From: Gammaproteobacteria bacterium
GTDB taxonomy: Bacteria > Pseudomonadota > Gammaproteobacteria > CAJXQU01
Direction of reading: 5' to 3'
NCBI GenBank assembly: GCA_965238175.1
Contig: CBDEGZ010000003.1
Span: forward strand, 2,176,001-2,240,000
Length of the DNA stretch: 64,000 nucleotides
In this document: positions 50,969 to 60,647 of the stretch, in pieces
Numbering within the stretch: the first letter of the stretch is position 1
Layout: every line of letters starts with the position of its first letter
Position numbers and translations under genes: made by a program
Notes under the pieces: generated by a model
The model's input: only the letters and a program-made list of their open reading frames with translations
What the model was told of the DNA's origin: nothing
The model's database searches: none

Positions 50969-51712
50969 ATGAATTATAATAAAACTATTTTTTTATATTG
51001 GGTGGGTCGTGATTATAATTTAATTAAAATATTTAGAGATTATATGCACACACATTCTGATAATGAAAAAAAATATAATATTGTATTAATTAACAATAAT
51101 AATATAAATAATTATATAAAAAATTTACCGCATTATTTTTCAAAGTTATGCCCAGCGCATCAAGCAGATTTTGTGAGAGTAAATGTTATTTGTGACTATG
51201 GTGGTATATGGCTTGATAGTGATACATTAGTAATGAATGATTTATCATCTTTATTTGATTTAATTAAGAATAAAGATGGGTTTTTTATAAAAGAAAATAA
51301 TGAAGCTTTATCAAATGGGGTGTTTGGAAGTAAAAAACAAACTCCTTTAATGATAGAATGGAAAAAACAAATGATACATATATTGAATGAAAAAAAAGAG
51401 GGTGTTGGCTGGACGGAAATAGGTAGTGACATACTTCAAAATATATATAACGTAGACAAGGACATTTATAATAATTATAAAATATTTGATGGCTTAAATA
51501 ATATGTATCCAGTAAATTGGGATGGTTGTGTAACTGAATTTATAGATAAACCATATGATAATTATAAAAATATCATACGTGATTTTCAACCAATAATTGT
51601 TTTAGTAAATTCCGTATATAAAAGGTTAGACTACATGGATGAAGAAGAAATATTAAATAGTAAAATGCCTTTAAATTATTTTATTAATAAATCATATAAT
51701 AAATCAATATAA
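50969..51712 (+). CDS. DXD glycosyltransferase (GT32 / capsular polysaccharide synthesis family), AT-rich
   Basis: IFLYW, PAHQADFVR, YGGIWLDSD. Confidence 0.82.
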   Translation: MNYNKTIFLYWVGRDYNLIKIFRDYMHTHSDNEKKYNIVLINNNNINNYIKNLPHYFSKLCPAHQADFVRVNVICDYGGIWLDSDTLVMNDLSSLFDLIKNKDGFFIKENNEALSNGVFGSKKQTPLMIEWKKQMIHILNEKKEGVGWTEIGSDILQNIYNVDKDIYNNYKIFDGLNNMYPVNWDGCVTEFIDKPYDNYKNIIRDFQPIIVLVNSVYKRLDYMDEEEILNSKMPLNYFINKSYNKSI

Positions 51713-51744
51713 TTTTATATGAATAAAGAAATCAAATGGTGTTC

Positions 51745-52076
51745 GAGTGTGTCAATAATTCTGTGTAACTGTCCGGTTTAAATATAATCCGCTAGGCAGT
51801 CTTCGAATTCAATAATAAATCTATTCAGAGCAGATTTCCAATTTCGTATTGGCATCGTCCATTTCTGTGACGCTTGTTTTATCGCAAGATAGACCACTTT
51901 TCTTGCCGCATCATCCGTGGGAAAAAGCTTGCGCTTTTTAATCACTTTTCGAATAACACTATTGAGTGATTCAATCGCATTGGTCGTATAAATCGCTTTT
52001 CGAATATCCGCCGGGTAACAGAATATAGTATTCAGGCTCTGCCAGTGTTTCCGCCAAGTTTTACTAATCTGTGGGC
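51745..52076 (-). mobile_element. IS256-family remnant (transposase C-terminus and right end)
   Basis: YPADIRKAIYTTNAIESLNSVIRK..K.RK.FPTDDA..KVVYLAI..AS.KWTMPIRNWK.ALNRF; terminal GAGTGTGTCAATAATTCTGTGTAACT. Confidence 0.9.
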
Positions 52077-52340
52077 TTTTTTCATTTCTGCGTTTCTCTG
52101 TGCTGGGGTAATATATCCCAATGATGAATGTAGTCGTTTGTAGTTGTAAAAATAGATGTAACTTTTTACGGCAGTAACGACTGAAATATGATTGATAAAA
52201 CTTAACCGGTTTAGTCGCTCAGTTTTTAAGCTCCTAAAGAAACGCTCCATCACACTATTCTGCCCAAAGCACTTCGTGGGGCAGGCTCTCCCAACAATTC
52301 CCCCTTCGACTCATACTTTGAGTAATATTCAGTGCGTTAA
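52077..52340 (-). mobile_element. IS3-family OrfB remnant with a 28-bp insertion at 52261-52288
   Basis: ITQSMSRRGNCW-[insert]-NSVMERFFRSLKTE...YIYFYNYKRLHSSLGYITP. Confidence 0.9.
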
Positions 52341-52527
52341 ACATCCAAAAAGCACCGGTTTTTTACTTATAGTGTGGTGTGACACATGGTGTGATCTATA
52401 TGGGATATAGCGGCATTAATAGAAACATAGTGGGATCGGTTTTTAAAACAAGAACTTAGGCAGCGAAGAACAAAAAACGGTCTCGAATAAAGTGACACAT
52501 GGAAATATAACAGTGAGTGAAACCAGG

Positions 52528-53013
52528 TCAGATGGTTTGATCGGATTTAGTTTTGTCCGTATTCTCGTAATCGGCCTTTAATGCCCTTATAAGTATCAAT
52601 AAACCGTCGGGTGTTAGTTTATTTGTAAAAAGCATGGTTTTAATCGTTTCTTGCAAAAAAACACTAGGTGAGAAACCGGCTTTATTAAAGACCTTGTTAA
52701 CCTCATCATTAATGTCGTTATAACGATCAACAGAAACGTTGAGAGATGAAGATTTGTTGCAATACTTTGCTTTTTCTTCCTTTACAGCTGCGTATTTTCG
52801 TACAGCCTCTACTTTACTATCAGAAAGTCTAAGTTTTAGAAGGTGCTCGAATTCAGTACCTGTGTGAGCTGCGAACTTTGCTAAATAATCTACTTCAGGC
52901 AAGGGATCTTCGTTTTCGTGATTTGCAACAGTGTTTTTATGAAAACCTAATTCAGCAGCGAAATCTGCCCGTGAGACTTTACCTCTAATACGCTTTAATT
53001 CTGCTCCTAGCAT
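52528..53013 (-). CDS. Prophage repressor (XRE HTH)
   Basis: LKRIRGKVSRADFAAELGFHKNTVANHE; divergent from ner; no S24 peptidase domain seen. Confidence 0.8.
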   Translation of the reverse strand: MLGAELKRIRGKVSRADFAAELGFHKNTVANHENEDPLPEVDYLAKFAAHTGTEFEHLLKLRLSDSKVEAVRKYAAVKEEKAKYCNKSSSLNVSVDRYNDINDEVNKVFNKAGFSPSVFLQETIKTMLFTNKLTPDGLLILIRALKADYENTDKTKSDQTI

Positions 53014-53097
53014 GAAAAAATTCCGCTAAAGTTACCACGTACATGTGAAAAAGCTAGAACAATAATCCCATATTCAATATTTCGTTCCATCTTTCAG

Positions 53098-53110
53098 TAA
53101 CTAGTTGATT
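53098..53110 (-). promoter_or_regulatory. IHF binding site in the c-ner intergenic region
   Basis: AATCAACTAGTTA is a perfect match to WATCAANNNNTTR, at the position where phage Mu has its IHF site. Confidence 0.65.
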
Positions 53111-53247
53111 TTATAATATTTAAAATAAGTAAATGTATATTTATAACAATATACACATACTGAAAGTTAGAACTAAATTGATATTTTTTAACTAATATAC
53201 ACATAAACATATTTTATTTCACACGAACGTGTGATATTGTTCCTATC

Positions 53248-53517
53248 ATGAAAGGAAATATTACCACGAAAATGGACGACTGGCATCGAGCAGATATCGT
53301 CGCTGCGTTGAAAAAAAAGGGTTGGTCATTACGTGGTTTGAGTGCAGCAAACAACTATTCACCAACCGTGCTAAGCGGTGTCTTAAATAGTCCGTGGCCA
53401 AAGGGTGAAAAAATAATTGCAGATGCGATAGGTGTTGCAGCCGATCAGATATGGCCTAGCAGGTATAAAAATGGAGTATCAAACCGACGACCAGGGCGAA
53501 GGAGAAAAGTAGCATGA
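53248..53517 (+). CDS. ner: Ner-like DNA-binding protein
   Basis: DWHRADIVAALKKKGWSL..LS, PWPKGEKIIADAIGV...IWPSRY. Confidence 0.93.
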   Translation: MKGNITTKMDDWHRADIVAALKKKGWSLRGLSAANNYSPTVLSGVLNSPWPKGEKIIADAIGVAADQIWPSRYKNGVSNRRPGRRRKVA

Positions 53518-55682
53518 TGTTCACAAATAAGGATATAGCGGATCAACTAAATATGTCGGTTCGTGGCGTTGCAAAAAAAGCAGGAAGAGAAGGTTGGGCT
53601 TACTCAGAAATGAGTATTCGAGGTGGCAAGCAGCGCCAATACAACCTTGATGATCTACCATTGGATGTTAGAGCAGAAATGACAGGGAGAGTGCTAGAAA
53701 GTGATATGGCGGTTGATGGTGAAAAAGACGCTCAAAAAATCCAGTTTAAAACCTCATTAGAAGAAACATTAAAACAGTCAAAAAATAGCCGTAATTTATC
53801 TGCACTAGAAGATGAAAATAACAGGATAAATCCACGCATAACCATTTTACGGGCCTGGCACACTTTTACTCAAGAATCGGGTAAATGTAAAAGTACCTGC
53901 TCCGCACTATTCGCCGAAATATACAACGCTGGAAACGCCAACCTTCCGGCTGATGTTATGGCGGCGATACCTTCAGTGTCAGGCCCATCTTTATTACGTT
54001 GGGAAGCGCAAATTAAAAAAGAAGGAACTGCTCGGCTTGGTGGTAATTATGGCAATCGAAAAGGTCAATCAAAAGTGGATCAGAATGAAAATTTGAAGCA
54101 ATACATTATCGGTTTCATTTATCAATACCCACATGCAGATGTAAAGCATATTTATGACGGCTTAAAAGCCCGTTTTAGTGATGATAAAACGATTGATTTT
54201 CCAGGTAAGAGATCTGTTCAGCGATGGGTCGCAGCATGGAAGATTGAGAATGCACAAATCCTGACGGCTGTAAGTAATCCTGACGAGTGGAAAAACAAGT
54301 TTATGGTTGCTCATGGTTCATTATCTGACGGTATTGAGCGGCTAAACCAGGTGTGGGAATTAGATTCAACACCGGGCGATATTCAATTAATAGATGGTCG
54401 TCATTCTTTGGTCGGAATTATTGATGTTTATACACGAAGATTGAAAATTGTCGTCAGCAAAACCAGTAAAGCGACAGCTGTAGCAGCAGTACTGAGACGT
54501 AGCTTAATCGACTGGGGTGTGCCTGAAATTGCTAAGACTGATAATGGTGCGGATTACGTCGGATTCCACATAAAAAGATCATTAATAGACTTGGGTATTG
54601 AACAAGTTCTGTGTCCACCATTCCAGCCTTGGCACAAGCCACATATTGAGCGTGCTTTTCGTACTTTTTCACATAGTTTACTTGAATTAATGCCAGGTTT
54701 TTGTGGCCATAATGTTGCTGAAAAATCAGCACTGCAAGCGCGAGACTCATTCGCTGATCGTTTGTTTAAAAAGAATGAAGTAATCGAAATCAAAATGAAC
54801 TCTAAACAGTTGCAGGAATTCTGCGATTCATGGGTTGATCAAATCTATTCTCACGATCAGCACAGTAGTCTAAACGGCAAAACGCCATTTGAAATGGTGT
54901 CAGATTATATTGGCGAAGTTCAAATCATAGAAAGTGAACGAGCACTGGATATTTTGCTTGCTGAGGCACCTGGTAATCATGGTCGTCGAACAGTCCAGAA
55001 AAAAGGCATTCGGATTAAATGGAAAGGTGAGCCAGCAAGTCACTGGTACAGTGCTCCTGAGTTGGCCACACATCTTGTAGGACGCGATGTTCGAGTGACT
55101 TTTGATCCCACAGGTGAAATGGGTCAAATCTTTGTATTCGATGATAGCGGTTTTGTCTGCATTGCTGAATGTCCAGAATTACTTGGTTTAGATCGTCAAG
55201 ATCATGCTGTTGCTGCTAAGACAATTCAACAGCGTTACGTAAACCAAAGCCGTAAGGCAATGAAAGATGCTGCCAAGCAAGCTAATACTCAATCAGCAGC
55301 AGAAGAAATACTGGCTCATGCAGCAAAAAAAGCTGGCAACGTGTCGATGTTTCCGAAGCCGCAAAACACCTATACATCATCAGGACTTGAAGCAGCAAAA
55401 GAAGCTGTGGAAATGGAAAACCGTGAGCCTACACCCTCCCCTGTTAGTGATGAAACTCGCGCTAAATTAGCGAAAGAAATGGCATCACAAAAAACGATCG
55501 AAAATCTACCTGAAACACGCCAACAACGGTATTTACGTTGGTGTGCATTAGATCGTTCTGTCAAAGCGGGGATAGAAATATCAGGTAACGACAAAGTTTT
55601 TTGGAAAGGATACCGAGACACATCGGAGTGGAAATCACTAAGGTTAATGGAAGAAGAGTTCGGGAAATCCGAGCAATCGTAA
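53514..55682 (+). CDS. Mu-like DDE transposase (A protein)
   Basis: N-terminal Mu DNA-binding domain; DDE motifs WELDSTPGD, KTDNGADY, KPHIERAFRTF. Confidence 0.92.
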   Translation: MMFTNKDIADQLNMSVRGVAKKAGREGWAYSEMSIRGGKQRQYNLDDLPLDVRAEMTGRVLESDMAVDGEKDAQKIQFKTSLEETLKQSKNSRNLSALEDENNRINPRITILRAWHTFTQESGKCKSTCSALFAEIYNAGNANLPADVMAAIPSVSGPSLLRWEAQIKKEGTARLGGNYGNRKGQSKVDQNENLKQYIIGFIYQYPHADVKHIYDGLKARFSDDKTIDFPGKRSVQRWVAAWKIENAQILTAVSNPDEWKNKFMVAHGSLSDGIERLNQVWELDSTPGDIQLIDGRHSLVGIIDVYTRRLKIVVSKTSKATAVAAVLRRSLIDWGVPEIAKTDNGADYVGFHIKRSLIDLGIEQVLCPPFQPWHKPHIERAFRTFSHSLLELMPGFCGHNVAEKSALQARDSFADRLFKKNEVIEIKMNSKQLQEFCDSWVDQIYSHDQHSSLNGKTPFEMVSDYIGEVQIIESERALDILLAEAPGNHGRRTVQKKGIRIKWKGEPASHWYSAPELATHLVGRDVRVTFDPTGEMGQIFVFDDSGFVCIAECPELLGLDRQDHAVAAKTIQQRYVNQSRKAMKDAAKQANTQSAAEEILAHAAKKAGNVSMFPKPQNTYTSSGLEAAKEAVEMENREPTPSPVSDETRAKLAKEMASQKTIENLPETRQQRYLRWCALDRSVKAGIEISGNDKVFWKGYRDTSEWKSLRLMEEEFGKSEQS

Positions 55683-55707
55683 AAAAGCCGAAGCGGTAAC
55701 TTCGGCT
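55681..55707. terminator. Hairpin between transposase A and B
   Basis: AAAAA-AGCCGAAG-cggtaa-CTTCGGCT; the U-tract is on the minus strand. Confidence 0.5.
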
Positions 55708-55750
55708 CAGTACAACTTAACGGTCTTAGATGACCATTGGAGAAATAATT

Positions 55751-56479
55751 ATGACACAAAAATTAAACAACACAACTGCACCTTTGCAAAACGTGTCGCT
55801 ATGCGTTGAAGCACTGGATAAGGCGGTTAATAGACCAGAGCATTTGCCAGGACTGGTTTGCTTTCATGGCCCTTCTGGGTTTGGAAAATCGACGGCCGCA
55901 GTCTACGTGGCAAACAAGATGAGAGCTTACTGTGTACAAGCAAACGAATCATGGAAAAAGAAAGCATTTTTAGAAGCCATCTTAAATGAGATGGGCATAA
56001 CCCCGGAAAAGGTAATTTCTAAAATGGTTGATCAAATCTGTGAACAGTTAGCGCTTTCAAATAGACCGTTAATCATTGATGAAATGGATTTTATTGTTGA
56101 GAACAATCTGGTCGAAATTGTTAGGGCCTTATACGAAGGATCAGGAGCTGCAATTCTTCTGATCGGTGAGGAAGCCTTGCCAATTAAGTTATCTAAGTGG
56201 GAACGATTTCACGGACGTATTCTTGACTGGATTCCGGCACAACCTGTCGATATGGATGATGCACTCCACTTAAGAGATTTGTACTGCAAAGATGCAGATG
56301 TTGACGATGGATTAGTTGAATTGATCCATAGCCAAGCAAAAGGATCTGTCCGTCGAGTTTGTATCAACCTTGAGCGAGTGAGTTCTGAAGCCAGAAAAGA
56401 AGGTCAAGAAACAGCCAACGTCAGCTGGTGGGCAAACCGACCTTTATATGTTGGCAAAGCTCCGATTAGAAAACTCTAG
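55751..56479 (+). CDS. Transposition AAA ATPase (B protein)
   Basis: Walker A GPSGFGKS, Walker B LIIDEMD; follows the transposase. Confidence 0.9.
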   Translation: MTQKLNNTTAPLQNVSLCVEALDKAVNRPEHLPGLVCFHGPSGFGKSTAAVYVANKMRAYCVQANESWKKKAFLEAILNEMGITPEKVISKMVDQICEQLALSNRPLIIDEMDFIVENNLVEIVRALYEGSGAAILLIGEEALPIKLSKWERFHGRILDWIPAQPVDMDDALHLRDLYCKDADVDDGLVELIHSQAKGSVRRVCINLERVSSEARKEGQETANVSWWANRPLYVGKAPIRKL

Positions 56480-56499
56480 CAAACATGGGAGGGGAAACC

Positions 56500-57105
56500 A
56501 TGAAAACAAAGTCAAGCCCTTTTGGGTACCGCGAAAATCGCGATCAGATGTGGATCGTTATTCGCGAAAAACAAGAATTCACTATCAATGATATTGAGGA
56601 TGAAACACGCATTATTAGAACTACGATTAGATCATATTTGCAGGGTTTAGTTAGCGGCGGTTACTTACAAATATTGAATCCTGGCGAACGCAAAAAAGCT
56701 GGAAATACTTTTTTGCCAGAACGTTATGAATTGATTAACGATATTGGCGTGGAAGCGCCTCAAGTAGATAGAAAAGGTCAGGAAGTAAACCGAGGCGCTC
56801 GACGTGAACAGATGTGGCGCACAATGAAGGTACTTGGCCAATTCAATTATAAAGATCTGGCGATAAACGCAAGTTTAGAAGATTCGTCGGTAAGCGAAAT
56901 GGATGCCAAGAAATACTGCAACATGCTTTATAAAGCTGGCTTCCTTGCACTGAAAAAACGTGGCAAACCTGGTGGAACACTGAATGTTTATCTTTTCTTA
57001 AACAGCAAGAATACGGGGCCTAAACCACCGCGTATAAAGCAGATTACACAGGTATGGGACGCAAACACTGACAAGGTGATGTATGAATCTGGCGGTGCAT
57101 CATGA
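56500..57105 (+). CDS. Mu-like phage early protein with tandem winged-helix-like repeats
   Basis: Two QMW..(I/M)R...F motifs and TGPKPP. Confidence 0.7.
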   Translation: MKTKSSPFGYRENRDQMWIVIREKQEFTINDIEDETRIIRTTIRSYLQGLVSGGYLQILNPGERKKAGNTFLPERYELINDIGVEAPQVDRKGQEVNRGARREQMWRTMKVLGQFNYKDLAINASLEDSSVSEMDAKKYCNMLYKAGFLALKKRGKPGGTLNVYLFLNSKNTGPKPPRIKQITQVWDANTDKVMYESGGAS

Positions 57106-57464
57106 GCTTGCATACAAATAATGCCAAAAAGAACTGGGGAAATGATTTACCTGAATGGGTGCTGCGTCTCGCGAAAGATTGTGATCAAAATTCACTATCA
57201 ATTGTGGCGAGGAAAATAGGCGCTTCAAATACCTACATCCAACAAGCTATTAATAAAACTTCTCCAAGTGCAGTCACAACGATCGAGAAATTAGCTCAAG
57301 GATACTACTTAGGTAGAACGGTAGACTGCCCTGCTCTTGGTGAAATTTTAGCCAACGACTGTGAGCATCACCAAAAACGTCCCTTTTCTACAACAAATCC
57401 TCAACGCGTCAGGCTTTATAAAGCCTGTAGAAACGGCTGCCAGTATAGCCGCCTGGAGAAATGA
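57102..57464 (+). CDS. Phage HTH / Cys-rich protein
   Basis: W...LPEWV..LA..C, VDCPALG, AC..GC.YS. Confidence 0.7.
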   Translation: MSLHTNNAKKNWGNDLPEWVLRLAKDCDQNSLSIVARKIGASNTYIQQAINKTSPSAVTTIEKLAQGYYLGRTVDCPALGEILANDCEHHQKRPFSTTNPQRVRLYKACRNGCQYSRLEK

Positions 57465-57739
57465 AAATGTCAAAAAATGATCAGAATAAAATTTTAGAAA
57501 ATAACATCGGCAAAGCAAGAGATGTCGTTGTAAAGCTAACTGAAAAAGGCTTGAAGGTGCTTAAAGTCAGTGTTGAAAACGGCACACCTCTAATCGAGAT
57601 AGCCTACTCCCATGAGTGTAAACGAATTGTCTCAGGAACGAAGGTGAGAAAGTTGATACGTGGTCGTATGGTTAATACAAAAGTCTCGATAATGAACGGT
57701 TGCTGTGTTCAATGGGATCAATATCAGGAGGCTGCGTAA
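57461..57739 (+). CDS. Hypothetical phage protein
   Basis: Coupled ORF ending GCCVQW. Confidence 0.65.
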   Translation: MKMSKNDQNKILENNIGKARDVVVKLTEKGLKVLKVSVENGTPLIEIAYSHECKRIVSGTKVRKLIRGRMVNTKVSIMNGCCVQWDQYQEAA

Positions 57740-57900
57740 TGAGCGTAGAAATACTTATATATTTATTGGTTTTTGTCATGGGCTTCACAGCTGATTGGGT
57801 GTTACGAAAGCTGATCGCTGCAATCAATGGGCAGGTTGCTAAAAAGCAATGGAGGGATCATGAACATAAATCGATTATCGGTTTTAACCGCACTTTCTGA
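57739..57900 (+). CDS. Small hypothetical membrane protein
   Basis: RBS AGGAGG, TAATG overlap, one TM segment. Confidence 0.5.
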   Translation: MSVEILIYLLVFVMGFTADWVLRKLIAAINGQVAKKQWRDHEHKSIIGFNRTF

Positions 57901-58204
57901 TCATATTGGCGAAAAGCAAGGCATCAAAGGTAAAGACCTTACGGATCTTGTAACAGGTGAGCCAGCAACCGAAGCAACCCAACGCTGCATTCGTAAAGTA
58001 ATTGAAGATTTACGACTGGAAGGCTTTCACATTTGCGGGATACCGAGTTCTGGCTACTACATGGCAAGCTCAGAATCTGACCTTAACCGGACATGCTTGT
58101 TTATGTACGCCAGAGCTATGAAAACGCTGACACAAATTGCCGCGATGAAACATAAATCACTGCCTGATTTAAAAGGCCAGCTGAATTTGTTAGCTGATCA
58201 ATAG
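57860..58204 (+). CDS. Phage winged-helix protein
   Basis: HIG...GI...DL, R.IRKVI..LR.EG.HICG.P..GYY.A. Confidence 0.7.
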   Translation: MNINRLSVLTALSDHIGEKQGIKGKDLTDLVTGEPATEATQRCIRKVIEDLRLEGFHICGIPSSGYYMASSESDLNRTCLFMYARAMKTLTQIAAMKHKSLPDLKGQLNLLADQ

Positions 58205-58218
58205 GGGAAATAATAATC

Positions 58219-58737
58219 ATGGAATTAAAAGACATCGACAAACTGGCTGAGAAACACAGTAAAAACCAACAGGAATTGGTGACGCTAGTAAAAAACATTG
58301 AAGAACAAATGGACTTGGTTAAGAAAAAACATCTAAAGCAGCTTAGAACAAAAGTTGATCAGCTTAACATCAGTAACGAACTTCTTTTCATTGCTGTGGA
58401 TGAGAATAGAAGTTTGTTCGAGAAACCGAAAACACATAGCCTTCACGGCATTAAGGTTGGGTTGCAAAAAGGTAGAGGGGTGATGGACTGGGATGACACT
58501 GGCAAGTTGATCAAATTGATTAAAAAGAAATACGACGATCATTATGGCGTCTTGATCGACTTAAAAGAAACACCAAATAAAACAGGGCTTGAAAAACTTC
58601 CCGCTGATGAATTAAAAGCCCTGGGCATCACTATTTCAAATAGCGGGGACAGAGTGTTGATCAAGGATGCAAAAAAAGATATCGGCAGAGTTGTTGTGGC
58701 GTTACTGGATGATATTGAGGAGCTTACGTCATGTTGA
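58219..58737 (+). CDS. gam: Gam-like host-nuclease inhibitor
   Basis: LFEKPKT..LHGIKVG.QKG, ETPNK..L...L..LGI; position in the Mu early region. Confidence 0.65.
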   Translation: MELKDIDKLAEKHSKNQQELVTLVKNIEEQMDLVKKKHLKQLRTKVDQLNISNELLFIAVDENRSLFEKPKTHSLHGIKVGLQKGRGVMDWDDTGKLIKLIKKKYDDHYGVLIDLKETPNKTGLEKLPADELKALGITISNSGDRVLIKDAKKDIGRVVVALLDDIEELTSC

Positions 58738-58804
58738 GTCAAGGGCAGGATTTAAAATGTCCCGGCCTGGTTGCTAACAATGATTCAATCGAGTGGCTTT
58801 CATC

Positions 58805-59254
58805 ATGAGTCGTAAGCCGAAAAACAATCGTAATGCAGATCTGGCAAAAATACATATTCTCGCCGAACAGGCGGGTATGGACACCAAAGATAAAGATCCG
58901 GACTCTACCTATCGACGCATGTTGTGGACGCTAGGACGTGTTCGATCAGCTTCCAAACTGGATCAACATGGCAGGCAAAAAGTCATTCAACATTTGACGC
59001 CTAAAAGAGGTAACAAATACCAGAAACGGCACGAACTAGGTAAGCCACCTGCAAACATCAACAGCGAACAATTTGGCCCAATGCTGCGAAAAATTCAGGC
59101 ATTACTGATTGATTCGAAAAAGACCTGGGCTTATGCCGACGGTATTTCAAAGACTATGTTTGGGATAGACAAAATCCAATTTTGTGGAGCGCAACATCTA
59201 CGTGCAGTTATTTCAGCACTCACCAAAGATCAACAACGGAGGGTAACAAAATGA
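58805..59254 (+). CDS. gemA: GemA/gp16-family protein
   Basis: LAKIHI....GM....YR.ML....GRV.SA.KL, KI.ALL.....WAYADG...MFG. Confidence 0.82.
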   Translation: MSRKPKNNRNADLAKIHILAEQAGMDTKDKDPDSTYRRMLWTLGRVRSASKLDQHGRQKVIQHLTPKRGNKYQKRHELGKPPANINSEQFGPMLRKIQALLIDSKKTWAYADGISKTMFGIDKIQFCGAQHLRAVISALTKDQQRRVTK

Positions 59255-59667
59255 CAGGTATTGGAGAGGAAATTCAGCGGTTATTAGAGCGACCACCGCA
59301 GGGGTTGAATTCAGGTAGAAGGTTAAGTGGCCGGACTAGAAAGGGAATGAAAGTTTCTCCGTGGAGTCAAGAAGAGCAACAGCTGCTGATGAAATATCAC
59401 AACGAAGGATTATCAGCAAAAGAAATTAGTACCTTAATTCCAAACAGAGCAATCCAAGCGATCAGGGTCAAACTAAAAAAAATAAAAGATAACGGTGGTG
59501 TTATCAAAATCACAAACAACCGACCTTGGTCAGCAGAAGATGATCGTTTATTAACAAAAATGAAAATACAACTTGCGAACAATCGGGCAATAAGCGAACG
59601 CCTCGGTAGGTCTGTTTCGGCAATACATGGTCGTTGGCACAAGTTAAATAATACGGTGGTTTCATGA
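59251..59667 (+). CDS. Protein with two Myb/SANT-like HTH repeats
   Basis: PWSQEEQQLL...RAIQAIR and PWSAEDDRLL...LGRSVSAIHGRW. Confidence 0.65.
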   Translation: MTGIGEEIQRLLERPPQGLNSGRRLSGRTRKGMKVSPWSQEEQQLLMKYHNEGLSAKEISTLIPNRAIQAIRVKLKKIKDNGGVIKITNNRPWSAEDDRLLTKMKIQLANNRAISERLGRSVSAIHGRWHKLNNTVVS

Positions 59668-60230
59668 AAGGCATCTGCCCAGACTGCGGCTATGCCGGTG
59701 ACTTGATCAGCTTTATCTCTGGTTCTGAAGCGCGTGAAGCCATGCGGCAATGTTTAAAAATTATGCCCGATATGGAAAACATTGTTTTTCGTTATATAGG
59801 TATGTTCAGACCTGCCACAAACGCACTCACCATGAGTAGGACTGTAGCCCTGTTCCAGCAGATAGCGAATGATATGGCGGCTGGCAGAATCGAACGGCAT
59901 GGCCGCAAATGGCCTGCGCCACGTGACAACTGGAAAGCCGCAATGGAACAAATGATCGACGCTAGAGCCAACATCACATTGCCATTAAAGAGCCACGGAT
60001 ATTTGCACGAAATTCTCATGCGGATGGCAAATGGTGTTGAAGCCAAACAAGAGGCCAAAAAAGAATCGGAAAGGAAATCCGGACAGCATCGACGCACGGC
60101 GAAACAAGAACAGACTCAAGAAACCAAGCAAAAAAAAGATACACGGAAAAAGGAACTTCAAGCTACAAATCCTGATAAAGCCAAAGAATTAATTGGTGGA
60201 TTGGTTGAGTCTATGAAGGCGGGAAATTAA
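59664..60230 (+). CDS. Conserved Mu-like phage protein
   Basis: CPDCG, Y.GMFRP, LPLKSHGYL.EI. Confidence 0.72.
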   Translation: MKGICPDCGYAGDLISFISGSEAREAMRQCLKIMPDMENIVFRYIGMFRPATNALTMSRTVALFQQIANDMAAGRIERHGRKWPAPRDNWKAAMEQMIDARANITLPLKSHGYLHEILMRMANGVEAKQEAKKESERKSGQHRRTAKQEQTQETKQKKDTRKKELQATNPDKAKELIGGLVESMKAGN

Positions 60231-60233
60231 AGC

Positions 60234-60647
60234 ATGGATAATAGCCGTTTAAACATCGATTTATTGCCTGTCGTTGTACGGGATATAGCTGACCGCTTTG
60301 ATTTGTCAGTTGCGATGCTGATCGTCGAAAAATACGGTGGTACACGATTATGGGTTCCTGAAGATATTGGGTCGGATCATGAACTGGTTGTGCTGCTTGG
60401 TTTAGATACTGCCAGAAAATTTTGTCATGAATATAGTAAGGAGTTTTTGCCTATTTCAAAATCTGAAAAAGCACTCAGAGTAATTCGTGATCAAGATATC
60501 ATTCTCCGTCTTGAAAACGGAGAAACTAAAGCCAGCGTAGCTCTGGCGTATGGCCTTACTGAGCGGCAGATTTATTACATTCAACTTAAACATTACGAAG
60601 AAACTGAAGCTGAAAAACTAGAACCTTCTCAAGCGAGTATGTTTTGA
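60234..60647 (+). CDS. mor: Mor/C-family transcription activator
   Basis: YGGTRLWVP, RDQDI, ASVALAYGLTERQIYYI. Confidence 0.85.
   Translation: MDNSRLNIDLLPVVVRDIADRFDLSVAMLIVEKYGGTRLWVPEDIGSDHELVVLLGLDTARKFCHEYSKEFLPISKSEKALRVIRDQDIILRLENGETKASVALAYGLTERQIYYIQLKHYEETEAEKLEPSQASMF

Noticed and set aside
52032-52253. 73-aa ORF as a real gene
   Set aside because: Chimeric read-through from the IS3 remnant into the IS256 remnant.
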